Positions 26,550 to 36,226 are shown, counted from the first letter of the stretch. The stretch: DNA of 57,390 nucleotides from Pseudomonadota bacterium (GCA_031416315.1 JANOTL010000010.1:1-57390), one strand, 5' to 3'. A program made the numbers and translations. Notes: generated by a model not told the origin, from the letters alone.

Positions 26550-28757
26550 ATGTTCTCGCGCGCGCTCGATCGCGTGGAGCACTTCCTATTCCCGCGGCAA
26601 AGGACGAGCGATCGCACGCTGGCTTCGCGCAAACCGCGGCCGCTCGAGCGCTACGCCCGCAACATCAAGATGGCGCAGCGGTTCGGCATCGGCGCGATGA
26701 GCGTCGCGCTGGTCCTCGCCTTCATTTACGCCGTCAACTACTACTCCACGACGCGAATTCGGATTCAGCGGAACGAACTGGTGACGAACCTGACGAAAGC
26801 AGGGCTCACTGGCGCGGCCATGGTCGGCGAGTCGCCGCTATGCGACGGGCGCGAGTGTTGGACCCTCGCCAGTCACGACGACTCGGCCTGGACCAGCGTG
26901 CGGGTCCCGATGGCCTTGAGCAAGGCCGTTTCCACGCTCCCGGGCTACGAGGGCGCAAAGCCTTCGGCTTCCGTCTACTATCGGTTGCGAATCCCGGTCA
27001 CCGCCGAGCAGATGCGACAAAAGGACGAGATTGCGTTCACGCCGGTCTACATCAACCACACGCGCTTTTCGATCTACCTGAATGGCCGCCTCGTCGCGGT
27101 CGGCAACGGCGCCTCGAATCTCGGGTCGACGACGAATATCTCCCTTCCGCGCGGCGACGTCGTCGACGGTGTCGCTTCGGTCGTCGTCAAGGGCTCGCTC
27201 GAAAACGATCTTCCCGGGCTCGCCAGCCGCGCAGACGCATACGTCGGCCCAAAGCCGCTCCTCGACGAGATCTACGTGCATGCAGAGCGCGCCAACGGCA
27301 CCTACCATTTGCTCTTCCTGCTCAGCAAGGGCGGCATTTTCGTCGTTTTCACGCTGTTTTTCATCTTCTCGACGGGGCAACGCGGCCTCTACAGCTTCTT
27401 GGTCTTCGCGTTCTTCAGCACGATTGAGAACCTGTTCATCGGCGATTTTCTTTGGAACGCGCTCACGGACCCCACCGTCCTCGACGCCGGCCTCTTCATG
27501 GCGAAGATCATCGCCACGAACGCCTTGCTGGCCTACCTCGCGACCTCTTTCGACATCCACTGCAAGGCTCGATTCCTAAGGGTCGTCGCGATTGCCTCGG
27601 TGCTGATCATGACTGCCTTGGTGGTCACTTACAGCTCGGGTAGCTCGCGCGTCTCCTTCGATCACCTGCTCGCCGCCGCGAACTTGTTCACGGTGCTTAC
27701 GGTGAGCTTCGGCCTCATAGTCGGGACGATCACATTGCGCATGTGGCGGGGGGAAGGGCTGCCACGGCCGGCCATTCGAAGCCTCCGGAATCTTCTCGTG
27801 TTCCTGGGCATCTACTTCGCGCTACTGAACTGGGAGCTTGCCTTCAACACGTTCACCGGCTTCGACAAGCGCTCGCTCTTCGATTTGCTGCTGTTCTACT
27901 ACATGGCGTTCAATACGGCTCGGGACCTGGGCCACAAAGAGGGTCAGGTGCGCCGTCTCGAAGAGCACATGATCGACAAACGAAGAATGGAGCTCGAGCT
28001 GCAGGAGGCGGCTGAGATCACGCGGGTGTTCATGCCGCATTCGCTGCCCGCGTGGCAAGGCTTCGAGATTCGCTCCTACCACCACCCGCTGACGGAGAAC
28101 AGCGGCGACTGGTTCGCGTTCGAGAGCGCGCGCGAGCGCAAGCTTCATCACTTCGTGATGTGCGACATCACGGGTCACGGAGTACAGGCGGCCATCGTCG
28201 TCTCCGCGTGCAAAACGGCGCTGAGTCTGATCGTCCAGAGCGTGCCCGAGCATCTCGAGCGCACGGATTTCATCGCATATTACGCGAAAGCGCTGAACCG
28301 CCTGCTGCATCGGCACGGCGAGGGTAATCACATCTCGACGATTCTGGGCTTGACCTTCGACGCAGAGTCCGGCGTTCTGCATTTTGCGGCCGGTGGCCAT
28401 CCGCCGCCGCTCTACGTCGCCGCGGCGACGCAGCCGCCGAAACCGCTGGCGCTCACCTCGCGGAATACTGTGCTCGGCGCAGCTCCGGAGATCGAGATCA
28501 CGATGTCGAGTCGCACGCTTTCCCCTGGCGACACCGTCATCGCCTATACCGATGGCCTGCCGCTCGCACCAAACGTGAAAGTGGTGCGTGAATTCCTGGC
28601 GAATGGCGGCCTGGAGCCTAGTGACGCGCTGCACAATCTGTACGACCGCGTCTGGCAGGCACAGAAGAGCCGGACCGGCAGTGGGCCGGATGATGACGTG
28701 AGTATCGTGAGCTTCCGCCTCGACGCGGTCGCGACGAAGAAAGAGGGAGCTGCCTAA
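26550..28757 (+). CDS. 7TM-DISM-like sensor with extracellular carbohydrate-binding-like domain and SpoIIE/PP2C phosphatase
   Basis: DDSAWTSVRVP, YYRLRI, IYLNGRLV jelly-roll motifs; about 7 hydrophobic segments; SGDWF, CDITGHG, YTDGL, DDVS; start uncertain. Confidence 0.85.
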   Translation: MFSRALDRVEHFLFPRQRTSDRTLASRKPRPLERYARNIKMAQRFGIGAMSVALVLAFIYAVNYYSTTRIRIQRNELVTNLTKAGLTGAAMVGESPLCDGRECWTLASHDDSAWTSVRVPMALSKAVSTLPGYEGAKPSASVYYRLRIPVTAEQMRQKDEIAFTPVYINHTRFSIYLNGRLVAVGNGASNLGSTTNISLPRGDVVDGVASVVVKGSLENDLPGLASRADAYVGPKPLLDEIYVHAERANGTYHLLFLLSKGGIFVVFTLFFIFSTGQRGLYSFLVFAFFSTIENLFIGDFLWNALTDPTVLDAGLFMAKIIATNALLAYLATSFDIHCKARFLRVVAIASVLIMTALVVTYSSGSSRVSFDHLLAAANLFTVLTVSFGLIVGTITLRMWRGEGLPRPAIRSLRNLLVFLGIYFALLNWELAFNTFTGFDKRSLFDLLLFYYMAFNTARDLGHKEGQVRRLEEHMIDKRRMELELQEAAEITRVFMPHSLPAWQGFEIRSYHHPLTENSGDWFAFESARERKLHHFVMCDITGHGVQAAIVVSACKTALSLIVQSVPEHLERTDFIAYYAKALNRLLHRHGEGNHISTILGLTFDAESGVLHFAAGGHPPPLYVAAATQPPKPLALTSRNTVLGAAPEIEITMSSRTLSPGDTVIAYTDGLPLAPNVKVVREFLANGGLEPSDALHNLYDRVWQAQKSRTGSGPDDDVSIVSFRLDAVATKKEGAA

Positions 28758-28760
28758 GGC

Positions 28761-30239
28761 CTATTTCGCGGTTGATTCGGCTTCGACGTTGTTTGGAATC
28801 TTGGGCGTCGTCGCCACCAGAATCGCTTGCATCGTCGCCGCGTCGCCGTCTTTGGCAGAGACGTCGAGGAGGATGTCTTGCCAGTTGAGGTTGCGGTACC
28901 ACATCTCGCCTTTCGACATGTAGAACGCCTTGAGGTTCGCCATGCCAAGGAGCTGCTTCTTCACTTCCGGCTTCTTGTCGAGGCTGGCGTTGCAGGACTC
29001 CTGGTACCAGAAGCCGATGGTCGGAGCTTTCGGGCCGGAGGTCAGCTTCGCCATGACCTGGGCGGCAAGCTCGTGGGTCGTGCCGAAATGGTCGGTGGTG
29101 GAGGCGCCGAAGGCACCTTTGGCGCCCGGGTTCATGCCGAGGCTCGCGCCGCGCGACTCACCGGCGCCGCGCGACTCACCGGCGCCGCGCGACTCACCGG
29201 CGCCGCGCGACTCTCCAGCGCCGCGGGACTCTCCAGCGCCGCGGGATTCACCGAGCGTCGCGAGCATCACGGGACTCGCTTCATATCCGTAGCTCATTTT
29301 GCCGAGGCCGAACTGATCCAAGCCGAACTCGCCGGTCAGCGCACGGCCATATCCCGCGTTGCCGATCGTCCGTTCGCAGCTTCCGAAGTACTGGTTGATA
29401 TAGACCTTCGACGAGGCGCAGAAGCACGCCGTCTCTTTCCACTCGCCGCCGACGACCTCGCACGACACCCGGTTCGTCCGATCGATTTGCGAGCGATCCG
29501 ACCCGACGAGGTCGACCTGCGCCTTGCGGATCGCGTCGATGACTGGCTTGATCTCTTCCGCGTTGCGGGCGATGCGGTCTTTCAAGTTCTTGTCGCTCAA
29601 CGCCGAGAACAGAAGATTCTCGCTGCCGTGCGAGAACGTGTGAAGGAAGAGCACGTACTTGTCGGAAGGAAACACGTTGTCACTCGCATGCTTCAGGACG
29701 CGGTAGATCACGTCCGGATGCGCGAAAGGATACTTGTCCATGCCGAAGTACCGGTTGAACTCTCTCTTGTGGTCCAGCTTGAACATGAGGCCGCGCGCCG
29801 TCTTCGGATCGGTGTCCGAGTGCGAGGCGATCGCGATCACCTTCTTCAGCTCGGCGTCCTTCAGCTTCTGCTCGCTGAAGACGCCCGCCTTGCACTGCAA
29901 ATAAGCGCCGTCGCGACGGGTGAAGTGGCTGTTGAGGAAGGCCACCCAGTTCACATGCTCGTTGTCTGGCGTGCAAGTCTCGCGCAACGCTCGGATCTGA
30001 TAGTCAGCAGAGGCCTGCGAGAAGGCCTCCTCGGTATCGATCGCGTAGTAGACGAGGGCCGCTTCGCGGGTCTCGTCGCTCGTCAGCTTGGCGCCGACCA
30101 CCGGGGCGATCGTCTCTTTTTTCCGGGAGACGAACTCTTTCGCGTCGAGGCTTTTGACCTCGCTGGCGTTCTCCGGCGCCCGACCGCAGCTTGCGGCCAT
30201 CATCGATAAGGCGAGCGAAACCGCGACATACTTTTGCAT
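28761..30239 (-). CDS. Lipoprotein, clostripain-like (clan CD, C11) cysteine peptidase with internal repeat
   Basis: Lipobox AASC; LVYYAID, HPDVIYRVLKHA..FPSDKYVLFLHTFSHG, IGFWYQESC. Confidence 0.6.
   Translation of the reverse strand: MQKYVAVSLALSMMAASCGRAPENASEVKSLDAKEFVSRKKETIAPVVGAKLTSDETREAALVYYAIDTEEAFSQASADYQIRALRETCTPDNEHVNWVAFLNSHFTRRDGAYLQCKAGVFSEQKLKDAELKKVIAIASHSDTDPKTARGLMFKLDHKREFNRYFGMDKYPFAHPDVIYRVLKHASDNVFPSDKYVLFLHTFSHGSENLLFSALSDKNLKDRIARNAEEIKPVIDAIRKAQVDLVGSDRSQIDRTNRVSCEVVGGEWKETACFCASSKVYINQYFGSCERTIGNAGYGRALTGEFGLDQFGLGKMSYGYEASPVMLATLGESRGAGESRGAGESRGAGESRGAGESRGAGESRGASLGMNPGAKGAFGASTTDHFGTTHELAAQVMAKLTSGPKAPTIGFWYQESCNASLDKKPEVKKQLLGMANLKAFYMSKGEMWYRNLNWQDILLDVSAKDGDAATMQAILVATTPKIPNNVEAESTAK
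29145..29252 (-). repeat. In-frame tandem repeat, 6 x 18 bp, encoding (GESRGA)6
   Basis: Six consecutive units of the type GGCGCCGCGCGACTCACC on the plus strand, differing only at synonymous positions. Confidence 0.97.
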
Positions 30240-30329
30240 CGACCGTTCCTCTATGAAGTGAGGGAAAGGACGGGTGCAGCTTCAGCGTGTGGAGCGTCAG
30301 ATTGGAAAAGTTGGTTCTACCAAACATCT

Positions 30330-30346
30330 TGCAATTAGAGCGCCAG
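30330..30346 (-). promoter_or_regulatory. Sigma-54 (-24/-12) promoter
   Basis: CTGGCGCTCTAATTGCA with exact GG-N10-GC spacing, about 90 nt upstream of the clostripain-like gene. Confidence 0.7.
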
Positions 30347-30374
30347 TAAGGACTTTGGTAAATCCTGATACTTA

Positions 30375-30392
30375 AGACGGCGGCCGCCGTCT
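30375..30392 (-). terminator. Hairpin downstream of ubiX
   Basis: AGACGGC-ggcc-GCCGTCT about 10 nt after the stop codon; weak U tail. Confidence 0.4.
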
Positions 30393-30401
30393 AAGCTTTG
30401 G

Positions 30402-31019
30402 TCACCGCATGCGCGCGTTCCACGCGGGATAGAGCTCGTGATCCATTCCCAAGAGCTCCAGGACGCGCCCAACGACGAAGTCGACCATGTCCTCGATCGT
30501 CTTCGGATGCTGGTAAAAGGCCGGCATTGCCGGGACGATGGCGACGCCCATCTCCGCCAATCCGAGCATGTTGCGCAGGTGGATGACGTTGAGGGGCGTC
30601 TCTCGCGGGCAGATGATCAGGCGCCGACTTTGCTTTAGACACACGTCGGCCGCGCGCTCGAGCAAATTCGACGAGACGCCCTGGTGGATGCGCGCCATGG
30701 AGCCCATCGAGCAAGGCATGACGATCATCGCCGTCGGCGCCGAAGAGCCGCTCGCGACCGGCGCGAACAGGTCGTCGTTCCGACAGAGGCGGATCACCTT
30801 GCGGTCAGCCTCGTCGATCTCCCCTGCCAGGGCCCGCACCAACGAGAACCCGTCTTCGTGCCGCTTCAGCTCGTGCTGGGCGACTTTCACGCCGGATTCG
30901 GTCGCGACTAGATAGATGCGCTCGACGCGTGTCCGCAGCACCGCGATCAAGCGCTCCGCGTAAATCGAGCCCGACGCGCCGGTGACGCCGATGAGGATTC
31001 GCTGCGGCGCCGCGCTCAT
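30402..31019 (-). CDS. ubiX: Flavin prenyltransferase
   Basis: IGVTGASG, APVASGS, PCSMG, NLLERAADVCLK, PRETPL, PAMPAFY. Confidence 0.95.
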   Translation of the reverse strand: MSAAPQRILIGVTGASGSIYAERLIAVLRTRVERIYLVATESGVKVAQHELKRHEDGFSLVRALAGEIDEADRKVIRLCRNDDLFAPVASGSSAPTAMIVMPCSMGSMARIHQGVSSNLLERAADVCLKQSRRLIICPRETPLNVIHLRNMLGLAEMGVAIVPAMPAFYQHPKTIEDMVDFVVGRVLELLGMDHELYPAWNARMR

Positions 31020-31924
31020 GCCAACCAACGATCCGCCACGACGAACGCCAAGAAAAGGACGCTGACGTAGGCATTGGCGTTGAAGAAGGCGAGATTCAGG
31101 TTTTTTGAGCGGCCGTCCAAGCGAGCGTCCCGAACGAGCCAGTGCTCCAGCGCAAGAACGGCGGCGACGGCCGCGACGCCGACGAAGTACACAGTCGACC
31201 TCCCGGCCGCGATGCCGGCGTAGGCCAAGAGCGCCACCATCGTGCCGAAACTTACGCGACTCACCGTCACCGTCGTCCAGGCGCCGAAGCGCGCCGGAAA
31301 GCTCCGCAAACCCGCTCGTCGGTCGAAGCGCATATCTTGAAGCGAATAAAGCAGGTCGAAGCCCGCGGTCCAGAACGCGACCGCCGCGCCGACGGCCAAG
31401 ACGGCGGGTGTGGCGCGACCCGAAAGGGCGACCTCGACTCCGATCGGCGCCACCCCCAGGCATAGGCCGAGATACCAGTGCGTCAGCCACGTCAGATGCT
31501 TCATCAAGGAATAGGCCGCGAGGATCGCGAGCACAAAGGGAGCGCACGCCGCGGCCAAGGCACTCAACGACGCCGCCGCGCCCATGAACAGCAAGGCCGC
31601 CACGATCGTCCAGGTCAACCCGGCCCGCGGCGACAGCTCGCCGGCGGGAATCTTCCGGCCCTTCGTCCTCGGATTCGCCGCGTCCACATTGCGGTCGAGG
31701 AAACGATTGATCCCCATCGCGAAGCTGCGCGCCGTCACCATGCAGGCCAGCAGGAGCGCCCCCTGCCTCACGGTCGGCGCCGCGAGGCCCTCCGCGAGGA
31801 GCACCGCCGAAGCCGCGAACGGCAGCGCGAAGATGCTGTGCGCAATCTTGATGTCGCGCGAGAACGCGACCAGCGAGCCGATCGCCTCAGAGCCTACAAA
31901 GCTTGAAGCTCCAGCTCGAGTCAT
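31016..31924 (-). CDS. UbiA-family prenyltransferase (MqnP-like, futalosine pathway)
   Basis: IKIAHSIFALPFA, ARSFAMGINRFLDRNVDAANPRT, FWTAGFDLLYSLQD..FD, AFFNAN. Confidence 0.92.
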   Translation of the reverse strand: MTRAGASSFVGSEAIGSLVAFSRDIKIAHSIFALPFAASAVLLAEGLAAPTVRQGALLLACMVTARSFAMGINRFLDRNVDAANPRTKGRKIPAGELSPRAGLTWTIVAALLFMGAAASLSALAAACAPFVLAILAAYSLMKHLTWLTHWYLGLCLGVAPIGVEVALSGRATPAVLAVGAAVAFWTAGFDLLYSLQDMRFDRRAGLRSFPARFGAWTTVTVSRVSFGTMVALLAYAGIAAGRSTVYFVGVAAVAAVLALEHWLVRDARLDGRSKNLNLAFFNANAYVSVLFLAFVVADRWLA

Positions 31925-33059
31925 CCTTGTGCCTCATGATGACGAAGGACTCGCTCGGGTCGTTGCCGTTGAAAGCCTCGACGATGCGCGAGCCCTTAGG
32001 AAAGATGCCGGAGTACACGGGCTTTCCGAGGCTCCCGGCCGCGACACCATAGCGCGCGATCGTGCTCTCGTCATCCACCCAGTTGAGCGTCATCACCTGC
32101 AAACCCTTGCTGGTCGCAAGAAAGACGGGGTCGGACACGTGCACGTCCTTCAGGATCACGCCCTTGGACCAGCCGGTGTTGACCGCGTCGTCCTTCCAGT
32201 TGAAGCCGGCGACCTTCAATTCTGCCTGTCCGATCAAAGAGTCCCCGTCGACGTAGGCGATGTTGTAGCCGGTGCCGTACTGCACCGCGTCCCAGCTCTC
32301 GACGCCGTTGTCGACCTTGAGATCGATGCTGACGGGGTTCCCGGCCCGGCCGTCGGCCCCAAGCTTTCTCACCGTGAACGGGCGCGTCTGATCCGTGCCT
32401 TCGCGGCCGAGGGCCAGGCCTTCCTTGCCGCCAGGCGCGGCCAGGATCACCGGCTTATCCTTGAAGGCGAGGTTTGGGACGACCTGCAGGTCAAACTTCT
32501 CTTTCGTCAGGCCGACGCGCGCGACGCCGAAGTCCCCGTCCTCGCGCTTGACGACCAGCCACTGCACGTCGCCGATCGTCGTCACGCTGCCGGAGACGAC
32601 CGAGGTGGGGAGCAGCTCGCCCTTGAACCGCACCAAGTTGTCTTTGGCGTTGCGCACCTCGAAGGTCGACTTCTCCACGCCGGCCTTGTCCAAGACGTTG
32701 AACGCCACGTCGACGATCGGCTTCCCGCCCGCGTGCGCGCCGCCGAGGAGCACCGCGTTTCGGCCGAGCTTCAGCGGGATCATGGTCTCGGGCTCGAGCT
32801 CGACCTCGTCGTCGAACGGCAGGTAGTAGTGGTTCGGGCTGCCGTCGCGCTTGATGCCGGCGGAAAGGATGCCGCGCTTCGCGCCGCGCGCCAGCATGAG
32901 CTCATTGACCGCGAGATCCTTTTCTTGCTTCGGCCAAAAGCCGCACTCGACGCCCGTCGTCTTCTCGAGGACCACCCATCCGGAGTTGGTCTTTCGCCCG
33001 CCGAGGAGCTGGCAGCCCGCCAGCGCAACTACGAGGAAACCGAGAGGGATGAGCCGCAT
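31887..33059 (-). CDS. Hypothetical beta-rich lipoprotein
   Basis: Lipobox LAGC; GGAG RBS; long ORF with host-like codon usage. Confidence 0.75.
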   Translation of the reverse strand: MRLIPLGFLVVALAGCQLLGGRKTNSGWVVLEKTTGVECGFWPKQEKDLAVNELMLARGAKRGILSAGIKRDGSPNHYYLPFDDEVELEPETMIPLKLGRNAVLLGGAHAGGKPIVDVAFNVLDKAGVEKSTFEVRNAKDNLVRFKGELLPTSVVSGSVTTIGDVQWLVVKREDGDFGVARVGLTKEKFDLQVVPNLAFKDKPVILAAPGGKEGLALGREGTDQTRPFTVRKLGADGRAGNPVSIDLKVDNGVESWDAVQYGTGYNIAYVDGDSLIGQAELKVAGFNWKDDAVNTGWSKGVILKDVHVSDPVFLATSKGLQVMTLNWVDDESTIARYGVAAGSLGKPVYSGIFPKGSRIVEAFNGNDPSESFVIMRHKDDSSWSFKLCRL

Positions 33060-33086
33060 TTTCGCTCCGCGCAAAGCATATTTTGC

Positions 33087-33113
33087 TAAAGAATCGAGCC
33101 CTTGTGACGATTC
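33087..33113 (+). promoter_or_regulatory. Sigma-28-like promoter (variant)
   Basis: TAAA-15 nt-GACGATTC upstream of the small lipoprotein. Confidence 0.45.
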
Positions 33114-33153
33114 AGAGTCACGAAAAGTGTAAGTCGATTTTCAGGGCGGCACA

Positions 33154-33465
33154 ATGAAAGCTCAACTTCTCTTGGCCTTAGGCCTCATCCTCGGCGGCTG
33201 TCAGACGGCCGTTTCGACGGGCGGCATGGAGGGCGCTTTCTTGCCGTTCCTGAAGAACTCGCCGAACGAGTGCTACTACCTCGACGAATTCATGCCGCTT
33301 CCGGACGGCCTGGTCTCCGGCAAGAACGGGGCCTTGGACCTCCGCTACTACAGCTACAAGACGGCCAACTACAAGGAATGGCGCCTCAAACAAATCATGT
33401 TGTCCTTCTATTCCAAGAACGGCCGCTGCTGGTCGCTCTTCGAAGAGTATTACATCGCCGAGTAA
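33154..33465 (+). CDS. Small hypothetical lipoprotein
   Basis: Lipobox LGGC; host-like codon usage. Confidence 0.7.
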   Translation: MKAQLLLALGLILGGCQTAVSTGGMEGAFLPFLKNSPNECYYLDEFMPLPDGLVSGKNGALDLRYYSYKTANYKEWRLKQIMLSFYSKNGRCWSLFEEYYIAE

Positions 33466-33551
33466 ACCCGCCGCCCGTTTTCCGCTATAATCAGAGCTAG
33501 CACTCCCACCACCGCCATCCATCCCACTCGCCTTTTGCGGAGAACGCCTCT

Positions 33552-34526
33552 ATGGGCCGCGTCTTTCTCGCCCTTGCGTTGACTCTCGGACTGATGAACG
33601 CAAGCTGCGCCACGGTCGAGAAGAAGAACCACGTCGCGCAAGGCAACCAGTACGCGAAAGACGGCCTGCTCCGCGAAGCCTCGGAGGCCTACAAAAAGGC
33701 TCTGGCGCAGCGCCCGAACAACTCCACCGCCTCGCGCAACTTGGGTATGGTCCTCGTCAAGATGGGCGACTACAAGGGCGCCGTTCGTCACCTCGAGAAG
33801 GCGATGAACAAGTACGAGAAAGACTTCGACGCGAACTTCTATCTCGGCGAGGGTTACCGCGCTCAGGACAAGTACGCCGAGGCGATCTTTCGTTACAAGA
33901 AGGCGCTGAAGATCAAGGACGGCGATGCCCGCGCCTTGAAGCCGCTCGCGTGGAGCTACTTCAAGATCCGCTATTATAGCGAAGCCCTCGTGATCGCCCG
34001 CCAGCTGCAGAAGACGGCGCCGAACGACGATCAGACCGGGATCATCCTTTCGCGGACGCTTCTCAAGCTGAAGCGCTCGAAGGAAGCCCTCGCCGTCCTT
34101 AAGGCTTCCAAGAAGACGATTCAGAAGACCTCGCGCGCGTTCTACAACAGCGTCGAGGGCGACATTCTTTACGAGATGAGCCAGACCGACGACGCCGCCA
34201 AGGCCTACAAGGAAGCGCTAAAGGAGCAGCCCCTCCTCGCCGGCGCCCTCCTGGGCCTCGGCCGCTGCACGCTCGACCAAGGCAAGACGAAGCAAGCGAT
34301 CTCCTTTATGGAGCGCGCCGTCCGCATCCGCCCGCGCCTGACCGAAGCCCACTACCTCCTCGGCAAGGCCTACGAGAAGACCGACAAAGAGAAGTCGCTG
34401 CGCTACTACCAATACTTCCGCAAGCAGGCCTCAGCCGACCCAGAGTTCATCGGCTATCTGAACGACGTGAAGCAGAAGATTTCGGACCTGCAGGCTCCGG
34501 CGGATGCGAGGAAGTCGCGGCAGTAG
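33552..34526 (+). CDS. Tetratricopeptide-repeat lipoprotein
   Basis: Lipobox NASC; repeated TPR patterns (ANFYLGEGY..YAEAIFRYKKAL, AHYLLGKAY). Confidence 0.88.
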   Translation: MGRVFLALALTLGLMNASCATVEKKNHVAQGNQYAKDGLLREASEAYKKALAQRPNNSTASRNLGMVLVKMGDYKGAVRHLEKAMNKYEKDFDANFYLGEGYRAQDKYAEAIFRYKKALKIKDGDARALKPLAWSYFKIRYYSEALVIARQLQKTAPNDDQTGIILSRTLLKLKRSKEALAVLKASKKTIQKTSRAFYNSVEGDILYEMSQTDDAAKAYKEALKEQPLLAGALLGLGRCTLDQGKTKQAISFMERAVRIRPRLTEAHYLLGKAYEKTDKEKSLRYYQYFRKQASADPEFIGYLNDVKQKISDLQAPADARKSRQ

Positions 34527-34595
34527 TGTTCTCGAATCCATTTGAGACGAGCGGTTTTAAAACAACGTGCGAATTGACTTGTGGAGGAGTCGGAC

Positions 34596-35045
34596 ATGTG
34601 GAGTCGAGCCGCGATCAGTCCCCTATTGATGCTTGCCATCTCGTGCACCACTGCGGGCGGCTCATCCGGAAATTCGCCTTCCAAGCCCAATCTGCCGCAA
34701 GCGATTGGCGGCGGTGGCGACGCGACTCCAGGAACTAGCGTCGGCACGCTGAAACCAACTAGTAAGATTGTTTGGGACCTGAGCCTAGAAGCTTCAGCCG
34801 ACGGCAATCCTTTCGCTTGCTATCAGTCGATTCCGACGGATTTTGTCATCGGTAAGGCAGTCTGTATCGGGAATACCGCTCTGGCGTTCCCAGTCACCTT
34901 TGCGAACGTCGCAACGACGTGCTCGGCCAATCCAGGCAGCGACGCCTCGCCAGCGGCGCGATCTTTATCGATGGCCGGATGTGATAGCGCTGATCTGCTT
35001 GTTAACCCCTATCAGCCCTCGTTGAAAATCTCGATCCGAGACTGA
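34596..35045 (+). CDS. Hypothetical lipoprotein with atypical lower-GC codon usage
   Basis: GGAGGAG RBS, lipobox AISC, four further Cys. Confidence 0.6.
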   Translation: MWSRAAISPLLMLAISCTTAGGSSGNSPSKPNLPQAIGGGGDATPGTSVGTLKPTSKIVWDLSLEASADGNPFACYQSIPTDFVIGKAVCIGNTALAFPVTFANVATTCSANPGSDASPAARSLSMAGCDSADLLVNPYQPSLKISIRD

Positions 35046-35110
35046 CACAGGGGCACGGGCGGACTACCGCCGAAAGCAGCCCGCTGCAAGAATCCCGCGG
35101 AGCCCTTAGC

Positions 35111-35461
35111 TCAGAGCAGCTTCATCTCCGCCTTCTGATAACTGAGCAAACTACGCCGCGCCTCGAACAAGTTCTTGTACGACTCGTAGCGAATGCGAAG
35201 TTTCTCGCTCTCACCGCGCACCTGCGCCAGCTTCTCGATGAACTCGACGTACTCGGCGTCGGTCTCGGTGAGGCGGCGCAGCTTCACTTCGCTCAGCTCG
35301 CCGTTGTCGAGCCGGATGGTGATGCGCGCGCGCACGGTCGGCTTCAGCAGCTCGAGTCGCTCTGCCTCTTTTTTGGCCGTGACGTACTCGAGGCCGATCT
35401 TGTTCGCGAGGTGCACGATCTCTTCGAGACCGAGCTTGTCGCCGGTAGGGCTTTGCGACAC
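35111..35461 (-). CDS. Small coiled-coil hypothetical protein
   Basis: GGGAGG RBS, upstream TATAGT; charged helical sequence. Confidence 0.7.
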   Translation of the reverse strand: MSQSPTGDKLGLEEIVHLANKIGLEYVTAKKEAERLELLKPTVRARITIRLDNGELSEVKLRRLTETDAEYVEFIEKLAQVRGESEKLRIRYESYKNLFEARRSLLSYQKAEMKLL

Positions 35462-35543
35462 GGGGAGGCCTCCCTCTCAGGGACTTCAGACTATAGCGCA
35501 AAACTCCCCGAAATTGCTCGATTTTCACCGGTCATTAGGAAGC

Positions 35544-35570
35544 TCAAGAAATCCCGGGGGATGCCGATAA
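35544..35570 (+). promoter_or_regulatory. Sigma-28 promoter, near consensus
   Basis: TCAA-15 nt-GCCGATAA. Confidence 0.7.
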
Positions 35571-35606
35571 GTTGACTGGCTGGCCAACTGATTCGAGAAT
35601 GGGTGT

Positions 35607-36224
35607 ATGGGCGCAATCCAGTTAGATCTTAACGTGAAACCCCAAGAGTTCTTCCGCGAGAAGGTCAGCGAAGCTGCCGCTCGTCAGAAGCTCAAGATGT
35701 CGGACGACGTCGAATTCTACGTCGTCAACCTGCTCTGCGAGTTCATCGCACCGACGAAGTTGGAGACGCCGGTAGGACGCCTGGACGCTCTCGAGACGCC
35801 TTTGGCGCTCATGCTGCGCGAAGCGGTCGAGGCGCCTCCGGCCCAGCAGCTGCGAATCTTCAAGTTCCTGGGCGACACGAGCCTCTACCTAGCCGGCTTT
35901 TTCCAGGACTACTTCAACCGCAAAGCCTTCGACATCGACTACTACATCTCGCTCGGCCAAAACGCGTACGACAACGTCTCGTCCTTGATGCGCGACGTGC
36001 ACGGTGACGACCACTTCACCGAAGTCTACGGAACGCTCGCGAGCCAGTTCAAGCCGCTCGTCGAGGTCGTCGCCGACGTCTCCGAGCTGCCCGGCAACGT
36101 GCAGCCTCTCGACATCCTCGCGGTCTACGACCGCTGGAACCGCAACCAGGACTCCGAGCGCCTGCGCGCAAAGCTGACCAACGTCGGCATCATTCCGATC
36201 CCGACGATCCGGGACAAGCAGTAA
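35607..36224 (+). CDS. Conserved hypothetical helical protein
   Basis: YVVNLL, LGDTSLYLAGFF, DIDYYISLG..AY motifs that I recall from uncharacterised proteobacterial/myxobacterial proteins. Confidence 0.75.
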   Translation: MGAIQLDLNVKPQEFFREKVSEAAARQKLKMSDDVEFYVVNLLCEFIAPTKLETPVGRLDALETPLALMLREAVEAPPAQQLRIFKFLGDTSLYLAGFFQDYFNRKAFDIDYYISLGQNAYDNVSSLMRDVHGDDHFTEVYGTLASQFKPLVEVVADVSELPGNVQPLDILAVYDRWNRNQDSERLRAKLTNVGIIPIPTIRDKQ

Positions 36225-36226
36225 CG

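Noticed and set aside
29145..29252. Tandem repeats as a possible CRISPR array
   Set aside because: No spacers, 18-bp in-frame units with synonymous variation, and no cas genes
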